Shown here: piece after piece, positions 50,022 to 63,751 of the stretch
Numbering within the stretch: position 1 is the stretch's first letter
Layout: each line of letters begins with the position of its first letter
From: Octopus sinensis
Taxonomy: Eukaryota
NCBI RefSeq assembly: GCF_006345805.1
Contig: NC_043024.1
Location: forward strand, 13,640,001-13,704,000
Length of the DNA: 64,000 nt
Reading direction: 5' to 3'
The notes under the pieces: model-generated
What the model saw: the letters and a program-made list of their open reading frames with translations, nothing else
Told to the model about the DNA's origin: nothing
Databases searched by the model: none
Made by a program: the position numbers and the translations under genes

Positions 50022-50945
50022 TTGATTGATTGATTGATTGATTGATTCTAGTTTCAGCTTATGAGCTGTGGCCATGCTGGGGCACCGCCATTTGGTGTTG
50101 CTACTTGGTTTCACTTCATGGAGGCTTTCTAGCAACTGCTATTTGGTGCATGAGAGAGTTCGATGCAGCTGCCCTCATGTGCCCCTCCTGCCGTGAAGTT
50201 GGTTCATCTGGGACACCTGACAGGAAGAGATCCAGCTTCATTTTAAAGACATCTGTATCCACCCCATGCAGGTCTCTCAGATTCTTCGGGAGGATATTGA
50301 AGAGCTGTGGGCCTCGGAAGCCCAGACTATCACAGAATCTTGTCCTACATCTTGATGGCAAGTTTGGAGTCCTAGGCACCACGCAGTGGCGCCCAGTTCT
50401 GGCATTTGCGTAACTCTCGATGCCAAAGTTCAGGACACTTCCCTCCAGGATCTTCCAGATGTATATTATGGCATATCTTTCCCGCCTACGCTCCAGGGAA
50501 TATAATTTTAATCTCTTGAGTCTTTCCCAGTAGCTTACATTCTGCATAGAGGCTATCTTCTTCGTGTAGCTTCGTTGGATCGCCTCAAGTTCTGTGATCA
50601 ACTTGACACTGGATGGTGACCATAGCTGAGAGCAATAGTCAAAGTGGCTTAGGACAAGTGTCCTCCAGAGGACCATCATGGTTTCTTGTTCTCTTGTTCT
50701 AAAGGTTCTAAGAATCCATCCAGCCAGCCGTCTGCATTTCATTGTCAGTTTAGCAACATGTACACGAAAGGTCGCGTCATCACTCATGTGAATACCCAGG
50801 TCACGCACTGATTGTGCCTCTGGGATTGCAATCCCTCCGGGTCCAGTGTATTCATTGGGTATTGCATTCAGTTTTGCATGCTGATAGTATAAAGCTTGAA
50901 ACTTTTCAGCATTGAACTGCATGCTATTCTTTTCAGCCCACTTTA
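50022..50945 (-). mobile_element. CR1-type LINE 3' fragment (open 268-aa frame, RT C-terminal region) with (ATCA)n tail
   Basis: MQFNAEKF..RDLGIHMSDD..GWILRTF..LSHFDYCSQLWSP..LEAIQRSYTK..SYWERLKRLKLYSLERRRER is typical of the CR1/L2-group ORF2 C-terminus. Tail (ttga)n at 50022-50047. Confidence 0.9.
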
Positions 50946-50989
50946 TGTATGTTTATGTATGTTTGAAAGTAAACACATATATATATAGT

Positions 50990-51173
50990 GCATGAGTGGC
51001 GGTATGGTAAGTAGCTTGCTTACCAACAACATGTTTTCGGGTTTAGTCCCACTGCGTGGCATCTTGGGCAAGTCTCTTCTGCTATAGCCCCGGGCCGACC
51101 AATGCCTTGTGAGTGGATTTCTTAGACGGAAACTGAAAGAAGCCTGTTGTATATATGTATATGTATGTATATG

Positions 51174-51224
<51 letters not shown>

Positions 51225-51443
51225 GTATTTGTGTGCATATGTGTGTGTGTCTGTGTTTGTCCCCCTAGCATTGCTTGACAACCGATGCTGGTGTGTTTAC
51301 ATCCCCGTCACTTAGCGGTTCGGCAAAAGAGACCGATAGAATAAGTACTGGGTTTCCAAAGATTTAGTCCCGGGGTCGATTTGCTCGACTAAAGGCGGTG
51401 TTTCAGCATGACCGCAGGCAAATGACTGTAACAAGTAAAAGAG
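50990..51443 (+). mobile_element. SINE family B (CORE-SINE-like), full length
   Basis: tRNA-like head GAGTGGCGGTATGGTAAG..GGGTTTAGTCCC; GGCATCTTGGGCAAGTCTCTT resembles the MIR CORE GTGACCTTGGGCAAGTCACTT; internal (TA)n; tail GGCGGTG..CAGCATGACCGCAG..AAGTAAAAGAG. Confidence 0.92.
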
Positions 51444-51468
51444 TATGTATATATATATATATATATAC

Positions 51469-51527
<59 letters not shown>

Positions 51528-51636
51528 ATATATACATATATATACTCTTTTACTCTTTTACTCTTATATATATAGATATGTGTGTGTGTGCATGTGTGTG
51601 TGCGTGTGTGTGTTTGTGTGTTTGTGTATGTGTATG

Positions 51637-51678
<42 letters not shown>

Positions 51679-51799
51679 GTATATATATCTATGCATGTAT
51701 ATACATTTATTTATATATATACATATAGGTATATATTTTTATATATGTATGCAAACCTACATATATATATATATATAAATAGGTGAATGAATTATCCTA

Positions 51800-52545
51800 T
51801 GTTTATCGTCAGATGTCTTCTTCTATATAGGAGCGTCCACTTCCCAGTTATCCAAGAGAATTTCAAACCTTTATTCAACATTCAGAGATAGTAAAAAACG
51901 ACATAGTACAGGGCTAAGTAAATTAGTGTGCCGTCTTAAAGACAACAATATAAATTTCAAGTTAGATTGGTTCATACTGTCTGTATCCCTTCCTTTTGAT
52001 AAGGGCAGGAGATTTTGCAACATTTGTAACTCTGAACTCTTCCATATTCTCTTCTCTAAGGTTCCCCTAGTAAACACACTCATAGAAAAATCATACAAAT
52101 GTAAACACTGGCAGAAACATACTTTTTACTCATATAAATGATAACGATAGTCACCGTGGTTTGAACAATTAGCTTCTCGTCCACCCCAATTCAATAGCGA
52201 AATTCTTTCCTAAGCCTTCGAACATTCTTTCAATCAACGTACCCTTCCCTCTCCACTTGTTCCCTACATATTATTCCTTTAACCCTTCTCTCCCAACTAC
52301 TATCTTTGACGTCAATTCTTCTAACTGTTTTTAAAAAAAAAATCATCATCGCTTTGTTTACCATGTAGGCAGTTATCGAAATGTTTGTTTGTCTTGTTGT
52401 CGAGAGAGGCTCCCTTTCTTTCCTGATGAGAAGATTGCATAAGGCACCCTTTATTCCTTTGGAATGAAAACATGTTGTCTTCGAAACATATGTCGAGAGT
52501 AAGGAATTTTGTTAACATCTTCGTTCGACTACATTCTTCCATTTA
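51800..52545 (+). mobile_element. Penelope-like element 3' fragment (GIY-YIG C-half plus pLTR), a relative of the 37-41 kb element
   Basis: SDVFFYIGASTSQLSKRISNLYSTFRDSKKRHSTGLSKLVCRLKDNNINFKLDWFIL..RRFCNICNSELFHILF..YKCKHWQKH, followed by a hammerhead. (TA)n on both sides. Confidence 0.85.
52418..52499 (+). ncRNA. Type I hammerhead ribozyme, intact consensus, long stem-II loop
   Basis: CTTTC-CTGATGA-GAAGATTGCAT..ATGTTGTCTTC-GAAAC-ATAT-GTC-GAGAG, with GUC triplet and predicted cleavage after 52494. Confidence 0.87.
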
Positions 52546-52600
<55 letters not shown>

Positions 52601-52981
52601 TAGCGTGTGTATATATCTAAGCTTATATACAAACACATATATATTTTTACACACTCTTACATACATACAATATATATATATATGTACGTATATATTGCTG
52701 TCTCTATATATATGTTGTGTGTGCGTATGTCTGTTTCCGGGTATATATCCGCTTGTATGTCTAGAAGCATGTACATAGATGGCGTACGTAAAGCGGATCG
52801 TGAGTGTAAATCAATTGTTATCGGTAACTCATGTTTCAAAATAATTCTACTGTTGGAAGCCAGAATTGCGTGATATGCCTTCTCAGTGTGAGATTAATAC
52901 TCTTAAACGTCTGCACTGATCTACCGACACTAAACAACGAAATATATATATATATGCATATATATCTACATAGAAGTATGC

Positions 52982-53012
<31 letters not shown>

Positions 53013-53358
53013 TATATATGCATATTTATATGTATATATATATATATATGCATATATATATATATATGCATATATATCTATATAGGAATATGCATATATA
53101 TATATAATATATATATTTATATATATATATATTTATATATATACATATGCATACTCAGAGATAAACGAGTTACAGACCTAAGACGCGTATGGAAATGAAG
53201 TATATACATATACACGCATACACACATATATATGCAGAGAAAGAGAGAGAGGGAGAGAGAGACAGATTCCTAAGTATGTAATATATATAACATACTAATA
53301 TCCATATCCATGCACACGTGAATATTTATGTCTATCTTTCTGAATATGTATGTGTATC

Positions 53359-53399
<41 letters not shown>

Positions 53400-53434
<35 letters not shown>

Positions 53435-54416
53435 GTGTGTGTGTGTGTGTGCGTGTGTGTGTGTGTATGTATGTATGTATAGATATGTGTGTATGAAGCG
53501 AATCTAAATGAGATACATTTTATATATAATGATATGTGTGTATACCTGTGTAACATGTATCTTCATTGATATAATTATCATTATCATCATCATTATTATT
53601 ACCATTATTATTATCATTATCATTATTATTATTATTATCATCATCATTATTATTATTATCATCATCATTATCATTATTATCATCATCATCATCATTATAT
53701 TATTATTATTATTATATTATCATCATTATCATTATTATTATTATTATTATTGTTATTATTATTGTTATAATTATTATTATTATTATGAATATCATTAGTT
53801 TTATTATCGTCACCACCATCATAATCATGTGTACCGTCTTTATTATTACAAACGAAGGAAATTAATTGATAAACAAACAAGCAGGCAAAACCGAAATACC
53901 TGTAATCAATACGTTGGCAGATTTAGAGAAGCAGTGAAAAGATAAATTTGAAGCTGAGATATGGAAAAGTCGCTGACGATCATCCGGGTAACTTTGCTTC
54001 GATAGACGCCATTTCGTTCAGTTGTACGTGATCTGTTGGTGTCTTGTTTTGCGTGTTGATTTATCACTGATTGTCACGTAAGATTATATATAACAATGTA
54101 ACTTGGTAAGGATTGAATGAATGCGTTTGTCATTATCTTCCTTTTGTATGTGAATCTCTGTGTGTATGTATGTGTCTAAGTGTGTGTCGGTGTGTATGTG
54201 TGTGCGTTTGAGTGAGCGATTATCTGTAGGGATGTTAGGAGGTTTGCGTCGCTTTTCTTGTGTGTATATATGGATGTGTATGTATGTATATATGTATGTG
54301 TGTATGTATGTCTGTATGTACAAATGTATGTATGTATCTATCAATATATGATATAATTTACAAATACACATATGCATACATACATACATGCATATACATA
54401 CATATATATGTATGTT

Positions 54417-54495
<79 letters not shown>

Positions 54496-55456
54496 CGTGT
54501 GTGTGTGTGTATGTATGTATGTATATATATGTGTGTATGAAAGCGAATCTAATGAGATACATTTTATATATAATGATATGTGTGTATACCTGTGTAACAT
54601 GTATCTTCATTGATATAATTATCATTATCATCATCATTATTATTACCATTATTATTATCATTATCATTATTATTATTATTATCATCATCATTATTATTAT
54701 TATCATCATCATTATCATTATTATCATCATCATCATCATTATTATTATTATTATTATTATTATCATCATTATCATTATTATTATTATTATTATTGTTATT
54801 ATTATTGTTATAATTATTATTATTATTATGAATATCATTAGTTTTATTATCGTCACCACCATCATAATCATGTGTACCGTCTTTATTATTACAAACGAAG
54901 GAAATTAATTGATAAACAAACAAGCAGGCAAAACCGAAATACCTGTAATCAATACGTTGGCAGATTTAGAGAAGCAGTGAAAAGATAAATTTGAAGCTGA
55001 GATATGGAAAAGTCGCTGACGATCATCCGGGTAACTTTGCTTCGATAGACGCCATTTCGTTTCAGTTGTACGTGATCTGTTGGTGTCTTGTTTTGCGTGT
55101 TGATTTATCACTGATTGTCACGTAAGATTATATATAACAATGTAACTTGGTAAGGATTGAATGAATGCGTTTGTCATTATCTTCCTTTTGTATGTGAATC
55201 TCTGTGTGTATGTATGTGTCTAAGTGTGTGTCGGTGTGTATGTGTGTGCGTTTGAGTGAGCGATTATCTGTAGGGATGTTAGGAGGTTTGCGTCGCTTTT
55301 CTTGTGTGTATATATGGATGTGTATGTATGTATATATGTATGTGTGTATGTATGTCTGTATGTACAAATGTATGTATGTATCTATCAATATATGATATAT
55401 TTACAAATACACATATGCATACATACATACATGCATATACATACATATATATGTAT

Positions 55457-55490
<34 letters not shown>
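53400..55490. repeat. Tandem duplication of a ~1.04-kb unit (two copies)
   Basis: Unique segment 53790-54150 is repeated almost identically at 54830-55200. Differences are mostly 1-nt indels, and the junctions fall in (TA)n. Confidence 0.95.
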
Positions 55491-55494
<4 letters not shown>

Positions 55495-56483
55495 ATACAT
55501 ACATATATATATATATGTGTGTGTGTATATGTATACATATATATGTATAAATATATATATGAGCACACATATACATAGATATACGTATACATGCTTGTAT
55601 ATATATATATATGTATGTATATACATGCATATATATGTATATATGCATGTATGTATGCAGGTACATACGCGTATGTATATACTATTGCATTTCTGCTAGA
55701 TTGTTTCAGTTGCTACATTCCGTTATTCCATTTCTTTACATTTTCCGTAAAATAGATTCTTTTAACAATTCAAAATAAATTAATGTCAAGAGAAAAATTT
55801 GCTTTACATCTCTGCAGAATTAACTGTTTCGCTGTCGAATGCGATCACAATATGTACTAAATACTCAACATACATGCAAATACATTTCAACAGCCTCACC
55901 CTCACACACACACACACACACACACGTGTATACACACACACGTGAACACACGTAATCATTAACATACATGTATATATTTCTATATTTATATAAGTAGACA
56001 TGTGGTGTGTGTGTACGTGCGATATCTCTGTTTATACGTATGTCGATACCACACGTATATACATATGGGGCTATAGACATGTACATGTATATTTGAATAA
56101 AATTTGTTTAAAAGACTCGTAGTGGCCTGAACTCTTTACATGAACACCACCCTGTACTTAACTCCATGTCCCCCTACATGGCCTTGCTATTTGCTTTTGA
56201 GCCAAATTAACTAACTAACTATGCTGTACAAGGCTCATTCAAATGGATTGGTTACCCAATATCATCATATGGTGAGAATACCCCGATTACTGTATATACA
56301 TCTCTAATTCCACCGTACCTGTAGATTTGAATTGAAGATATAATGCATTATACATAGAAAAAATGGATTGAACATTCTTAGTTCCATTTCACTGAAATCG
56401 TATAATCTCTCACACACACACGCGCACACACACTTCAATCACTTTTTGCACACGCACACACACACACACACACACATGTATTA

Positions 56484-56901
56484 CTCTTTTACTCTTTTAC
56501 TCTTTTACTTCTTTCAGTCATATGACTGTGGTCATGCTGGAGCACCGCCTTTAGTAGAACAAATCGACCCTAGGACTTATTTTTTGTAAGCCTAGTACTT
56601 ATTCTATCGGTGTCTTTTGCTGAACCGCTAAGTTACGGGTACGAAAACACATCAGCATCGGTTGTCAAGCGATGTTGGGGGACAAAACAGACACACAAAC
56701 ATATACATGCACATACATATATATATTTATATACATATATACGATGGGCTTCTTTCAGTTTCCGTCAACCAAATTCACTCACAAAGATTTGGTTGGCCCG
56801 AGGCTATAGTAGAAGACACTTGCGCATGGTGCCACGCAGTGGGACTGAACAAGGAACCATGTGGTTGGCAAACAAGCTTGTTACCACACTGCCACTCCTG
56901 C
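56484..56901 (-). mobile_element. SINE family B, full length
   Basis: (CTCTTTTA)n tail, body and head ending gccactcctgc. Confidence 0.92.
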
Positions 56902-57649
56902 CTATGTATATGTATATGCCTGCTCTAACATTGACAAAAGCATATGCATGTACGCAAATGCATGTATATTTGGGTTCTTTTACATGTGGCATTGCTAATC
57001 TATATATGTATACTCACTCACACGCATTTAACTGCTATGAGCAGCAGTATCGAGTAGCATCTTCAATAACTCATATCAAATTCCCTTTTCTAAAGAGAAT
57101 CTCAAGATTCTATTGAGCGCCATTGTTTTTTCCTTTCCCTCTGTACATCTAAATCCGATGAAATTCCTAATATATCAATGACCTTTGTAGTCCCTCTGAA
57201 ACCGAAGAGATTGATCTTACAATTTATATGAGTTGAACTGTGCTGTGGAAACAACTTCAGGGAACAGAGATATCAATTTCTGTTTATGTGGCACTTGTCA
57301 AGATTGAAATTATTGTTCTACTGCATCCTAACTACTTAAACTATATACCCTTGTTTATATTATTCTAGATGCAAGCTTATACGACTTACGATTCTTAATC
57401 TGAAGAACGTATCACCCTTATAACCACGTCAGTGCTGACGAGTACCTAAACAGCGTAGAAGAACAATAATGCGGATGGACAAGTATTACAATATGAAAGT
57501 CCGAACGCTTATCGTTTAGAATAATCTAAGAGGCATTATCCATATGGTATATAAGCATATACTTTACAAGATAGTGTTTATTTGAGATAAAGACGACTAA
57601 ATACGGTAAAACGTGGTTGTTCAGCCTTTCTATAGCTATAATCACCAAT

Positions 57650-57950
57650 ATTAAGCTTCATCTACTCTGAACAGATTGAATATTGAAGAACTCCATTAGG
57701 GTCTATTCTTACATATAGACCGTATCATAAGTTAGTCCATCTCATTATGTTTCCTCTCAAACATTTGCTATAAGTCGTCCCTTGTAGCTACAGTCTTTTC
57801 ATACTAAGTGTTCTTGCAATGTGACCAAAGTATAAACGACCAGTTTATATCTATTAGTCATAGAACATCCTTTTTGTTTCGTCCAGTATCTTCTAGATTG
57901 AATTTTGATCGTTATCCATGTCTCTGCATGTCCAAGTTTTTTATTTCATC
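57650..57950 (-). mobile_element. RTE-clade LINE 3' remnant, heavily decayed
   Basis: Minus frame YFGHIARTLSMKRL*LQG..RG..RW resembles the RTE C-terminal YFGHI.R..LEK.I.QG..RGR..RW. Confidence 0.5.
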
Positions 57951-58278
57951 AGGTTACAACAAATAGCAAGGAATATTCGAGAATTTCTATACAAATTCTT
58001 ATAGCTACATTCTACATATATATATATAAATTACCAATCGCCACGTTCTTCTCTAGATGGTAGTGTCCTGTTGAACCCGCCTCAAAGTAAACGCCAAACA
58101 GACGTTGAGCTAATGCCGCTCAACCACCATATCAAGTGCCCTGGCTATTCCCTTAATCCACTAGCAAATGATTTCATGTTATATCTCAATCATAACTATT
58201 TTATCGAAGCTAGATCGATGGAAAGGCATAGCTGGAGATACCGGTATTTGACCAGAGAATGCATTGTGACAGAACAAT

Positions 58279-58696
58279 CTCTTTTACTCTTTACTCTTTT
58301 ACTTGTTTCAGTCATTTGGTGCGGCCATGCTGGAGCACCGCCTTTAGTCGAGCAAATCGACCCCGGGACTTACTTTTGTAAGCCCAGTACTTATTATATC
58401 GGTCTCTTTTGCCGAACCGCTAAGTGAGGGGGACCTAAACACACCAGCATCGGTTGTCAAGCAATGCTAGGGGGACAAACACAGACACACAAACATATAC
58501 ACACACATACATATATAATATATATATGCATATATACGACAGGCTTCTTTCAGTTTCCGTCTACCAAATCCACTCAGAAGGCATTGGTCGGCCCGAGGCT
58601 ATAGCAGAAGACACTTGCCCAAGATGCCACGCAGTAGGACTGAATCCGGAACAATGTGGTTGGTAAGCAAGCTACTTACCACACAGCCACTCCTGC
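58279..58696 (-). mobile_element. SINE family B, full length
   Basis: Close to the family consensus over its whole length. Confidence 0.93.
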
Positions 58697-59326
58697 GCCG
58701 CAAAATATTTCATTTCGTATAATCTGAGAGTTCTGCGAATTCCCCGCCTGAATTTTATCTCCGTAAAAAACACCAACACACAGTGCCACCGAATAGTTTC
58801 CATCTTCCAAGTTCTGCAGAAATGATAGAATAATTGCCACTTCTCTAAGACATCTACTTGAACGATCTCTAGCAGGTACTTCAGCCGAAACACACTCGCT
58901 TCATCGACGGCAAATGGTAGTCCAATCTACCACAATTACACTGTAATATATTAGCAAAAGGACCATCACAGTGTAGTATTTGCTATAGAATATAAATCTA
59001 AATAGTCAGGACTGCACAAATGTTTAAACAAAGATATGCTCCGTCAAGCCTGACCTTCTCCAAAGCTCAAAAATCGACAAGGAGAATTCAACAGCCATTT
59101 TATGAATTTCGTGACAACATTCCACATTCGTGTATTTGTGGAAAGATGTATTGATGTGTGTCTGTAGTTGTGTGTATATACTCGTTTAGGAATATATAGA
59201 TGTGTGTGGACATGTATGTATAGATGTATGCATGGATTATATATATATATAGAGAGAGAGATGTATATATATATATATATATGTGTGTGAATGCATTAAT
59301 GTAAATGTGTATGTAAATATATATAT

Positions 59327-59357
<31 letters not shown>

Positions 59358-59440
59358 TTATATATATACATATATTTATACATACATATATATCTATATA
59401 TATGTATATATAGATACATTTATACATAAATATACATGTA

Positions 59441-59471
<31 letters not shown>

Positions 59472-60700
59472 GTATGTATATATATATATATATACATATG
59501 TATATGTATATATATATATACATATATATATTTGTATACATATATATATATGTAAGAGATATATACTTTAAATTATTACTATAAACAAATGAAAAGGTCG
59601 TAGCAATACATAAAAATAACCACCGCCACCCCAACACCACATCCAACACCACCACCTGCAGCAAGAACAACAACAACAACAAAAACAACAACAACAACAA
59701 CAACAACAACAGCAACAACGGCGAAAAAAACAACCAAAAATCATTAGACAAAAATTTAAATTTTAAATTCAAATTCCTGTGTTGTTATGAAATCCAAAAA
59801 TGAAGAAATCATCTCCGTTAATGCTATTGTGCGATTCTGTTTTATTCTCACGTTGCAAATTCAAGCTTCAATCGATGTTATTTTAAATTGTCACAATTCA
59901 GGGAATCATGAATACGTTCTAGTCGAGTTAAAATCCATTCTAAATGAAATCTCTTTCAATAGAAAATTAGAAATAGGAAAATACTAGTGGTACGTTAAAA
60001 ATTGATTAAAAAAAAAAAATAATATATATATAAAAATATATATAGTATATCCACTATTTATGGTAAATATTTTATATATTTCCTGTTTATTATAATGTAA
60101 ACACCAACACAGAAAAATAATGTAGTAACAATCATGAAAACTAAGGGGTAAATATAAAAGAAATAAAACAATTATACATAAAACATGGCGGCAATGATAA
60201 TAATATTGCTAATGAAAATGATATTAATAATAATGATAATAATAACAATAATAATAACAATAATAATAACAATAGTATTAATAATAATAATAATGATATT
60301 AATAAAACTGATAATGGTTGTGGATACTATAAATATATTGCTGATTGTAACCTTAACGTTTGATCTTAGAAATCTTCAATTAAGGATGTAGCGATATTTG
60401 TGTACAAAACTTTTCCTCACTTTCCCTCTCTCTCTCTCTTTCTAACTCTCACAGACAGAAACATACGCGTGCGAGCTAGATTATATATATGTATGTACAT
60501 ACGTACACATTTATATGTATGTCTATATAAATATACGTATATGTATGTATATATAAACATACATATATAAATATATATGTATGTATGTGTGTGTGTGAAT
60601 ATATATATGAATACATACATTCACAGACACATGTGACCTGTACATATATATATATACAGGTACACACTAATAAATACATACAGACACACACACACATACG

Positions 60701-60741
<41 letters not shown>

Positions 60742-60813
60742 TATATATATGTATATATATAGAGGGCATAATTATACATACATGCCAGGAGGCATTATAT
60801 ACACATGTATATA

Positions 60814-60839
<26 letters not shown>

Positions 60840-60849
<10 letters not shown>

Positions 60850-60919
60850 TAGATAGATAGATACATACATACATACATACATACATGCATACATAGATAC
60901 ATTTGACAGATAGATAGAC

Positions 60920-60984
<65 letters not shown>

Positions 60985-61076
60985 TATATATAGAAAAATA
61001 GATAGATTGATAGATATAGAAATATAGAGGGATAGAAAAATAGATAGATAGGTAGATAGATAAAAAGATAGATAGG

Positions 61077-61138
<62 letters not shown>

Positions 61139-61175
61139 TAGATAGATAGAGAGGAAGATAGGTAGATACATACAT
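60840..61175. repeat. (GATA)n/(GA)n/(TA)n compound microsatellite
   Basis: Read directly. Confidence 0.9.
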
Positions 61176-61447
61176 ACATACATATACTATACTAGTAGAG
61201 GTATGTGCAAAAGTTGGAATGGAAAGGAAGAACTTATATAACTAGGAACCTTGTCGGATCTCATGCACTCGTATGCGCTCCATTAAAGCACCGGTAGTTT
61301 CTTATATTCTTAAAACCAACAGACAGAACATCGCAATACACGGACACAAACTCAAGGATTTACACTCGTATTTTATCTCGTACGGTCCTGTTTATCTCAG
61401 AAAATACCAAACCTTCCCAACCTTGACGTCGAACTTCAACAAAGCAT

Positions 61448-61847
61448 ACTCTTTTACTCTTTTTCTTGTTTCCGTCATTTGACTGCGGCCATCCTAGAGC
61501 AGCGCCTTCTATAGTCGGGCAAATCGACCCCAGAACTTGTTCTTTGTAAGCCTAGTACTTATTCTATCGGTTTCTGTTGCCGAACCGCTAAGTTACGCGG
61601 ACGTAAACACACCAGCATCGGTTGTTAAGCGATGTTGGGGTGTTACACAGATACACACACACACACATATATATATATACACATATACGACGGGCTTCTT
61701 TCAGTTTCCGTCTACCAAATCCACTCAGAAGGCTTTGGTCGGTCCGAGGCTATAGTAGAAGACACTTACCCAAGGTGCCACGCAGTGGGACTGAACCCGG
61801 AACCGTGTGGTTGGTAAACAAGCTACTTACTACACAGCCACTCCTGC
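61448..61847 (-). mobile_element. SINE family B, full length
   Basis: Tail, body and head as in the other family B copies. Confidence 0.93.
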
Positions 61848-63051
61848 GCATGGTGTCTAATGGTTTCTAATAAGTTTGATTTCAGAGTGTATAAGGTTGA
61901 AAATTAAATTTCTCTATCTTATACTCTCTGAAGAACTGCGAATGCAATGTGCTCAACTCCTTCCCCCAGAATAAAAATTGTTAACAAGAGCACTAAGGGA
62001 GCGCAAACCTCCGCCAAATCAACACCAACGTCCTCTCAGCGATTAACCAAAGATGATTTCTAAAATGAGAATATCTAACATAAATTCGATTGCTCTCACA
62101 AACGTGAGTACTAGAAATGGACACGACCGCTCTCAAAAATTAAGTAATAATAAAAAAAACGGAAAAATAATCATGAATCCTTATCCGGTGCCGGATACTT
62201 ACTTCATATACATTTCATTACTTATTATTATTTTTTATTATTTGAAATATTTTAATATACAAGCTGTATTCACGTGAAACACATTTGCGCATTGTAGCAA
62301 TTCAAATTTGTCTGCAAATCTTTTGAATAGTTATTATACATAATAGGTGGCATATACATGAAAACAATATTTGCAGAGTGATTGGAACCAAATTTGATAT
62401 TTATTGGTGCTATTTGATTCTTTATCTGTAGAATGTCTAATAGCAGACATTTTACACGATTTCCTACATGTAAGGCTTTGTTTCTCTTATTACCAACTAA
62501 AAAAACAGAAACTCATAATTATGAATACGTGATACAATTTGTTTTTGCTATTTCTGACCATCCCGAATCTACAATAAAATACACTTGGCCACGTACAACA
62601 TCATGTAACAGAGATTGAAACCAAATTTGAGGGGAAGAAAATTTCTACCACACAGGCACCCATGTGCAATTTGTTAAGGTGTGCTGATGCTTGCCATGCT
62701 GCAATAAATGCAACACTCACCATATACTTCTCAAACCAACTCATTCCTCTAAATATAGTTAACTTATTTATCTACAAAATTATACGCGTTTTCCATCTTT
62801 GTAGGACAGAGTACACACCACCAGCATTTTTTTGGATTGCTGTTTTCAATTTATAGCCAGAGATGTTTGAGATTCCATGGTGTTATATGAAGCCAAAGTT
62901 GTAAAATCATTCCGAAATAAAATAACCATTATTCTACTGACGTCATTTAGAGCTGGCCTATGTGTTTTCTCACGCAACTACTATACAAAGAGATTTGCGT
63001 CTGTTCAAGAAGGAACACGCGACAGTATCCGAGGTTATGGAGTTGTGAAAT

Positions 63052-63130
<79 letters not shown>

Positions 63131-63327
63131 CACACACATACATATATATATGTGTGTGTGTATATATGAGTGTATGTAATTTAACACACTCAGCAGTAAA
63201 ATTTCGACTAACTTCTTATTTTGTTTTCCTAAAAAAGAAAATGACTCTCCCCAGACACAATAGATTATGCTTCAACACACAACTCATGTAAAGAATCTTG
63301 CAAATCAAATCCAAAACGAAATATATA

Positions 63328-63360
<33 letters not shown>

Positions 63361-63502
63361 ATATATTGGTAAAAACGGTAAGATAACAAAAGAAAGAAAG
63401 ATACCTCAATAAGAGATGGTGGTGTGGATTTCCACTTCGGAATCCGAAACACAGAGTTATATCTTGGCTACCGAATAATTGTCACATATTATTTTACAGA
63501 TA

Positions 63503-63552
<50 letters not shown>

Positions 63553-63751
63553 AGTAATACTAAGTAATTAAGGGTTTAGCAACGAATTGCCTCACCAACA
63601 CACCGAATTTAGAAATAGCAGTCAAAGAGATATAGCTATTCCTTCTACTAAAAGGGGGATCTCAGTAAAAACACAGCACTTGAAAGGCAAACACAGACAG
63701 GTAAGAAAGAAAGAATGAAATGACGGCAATCTATCATACAATTTTAAGTTA

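Noticed and set aside
37820-52170. Selenoprotein-type Naiad PLE (in-frame UGA with SECIS)
   Set aside because: The readable Cys motifs (CNLC, CNIC, CKH, CPH) use TGC/TGT, and I could not see a convincing SECIS after either stop.
56316-56340. TACCTGTAGATTTGAATTG resembling miR-10 (TACCCTGTAGATCCGAATTTGT)
   Set aside because: The seed has a deletion, there are several mismatches, and there is no complementary star arm nearby.
57434-57470. CTGACGA-GTAC.. hammerhead start
   Set aside because: No GAAAC or GUH site follows, and stem II is incomplete.
63415-63460. GGATTTCC..GGAATCC-GAAAC hairpin
   Set aside because: There is no CTGANGA upstream and stem I does not pair.
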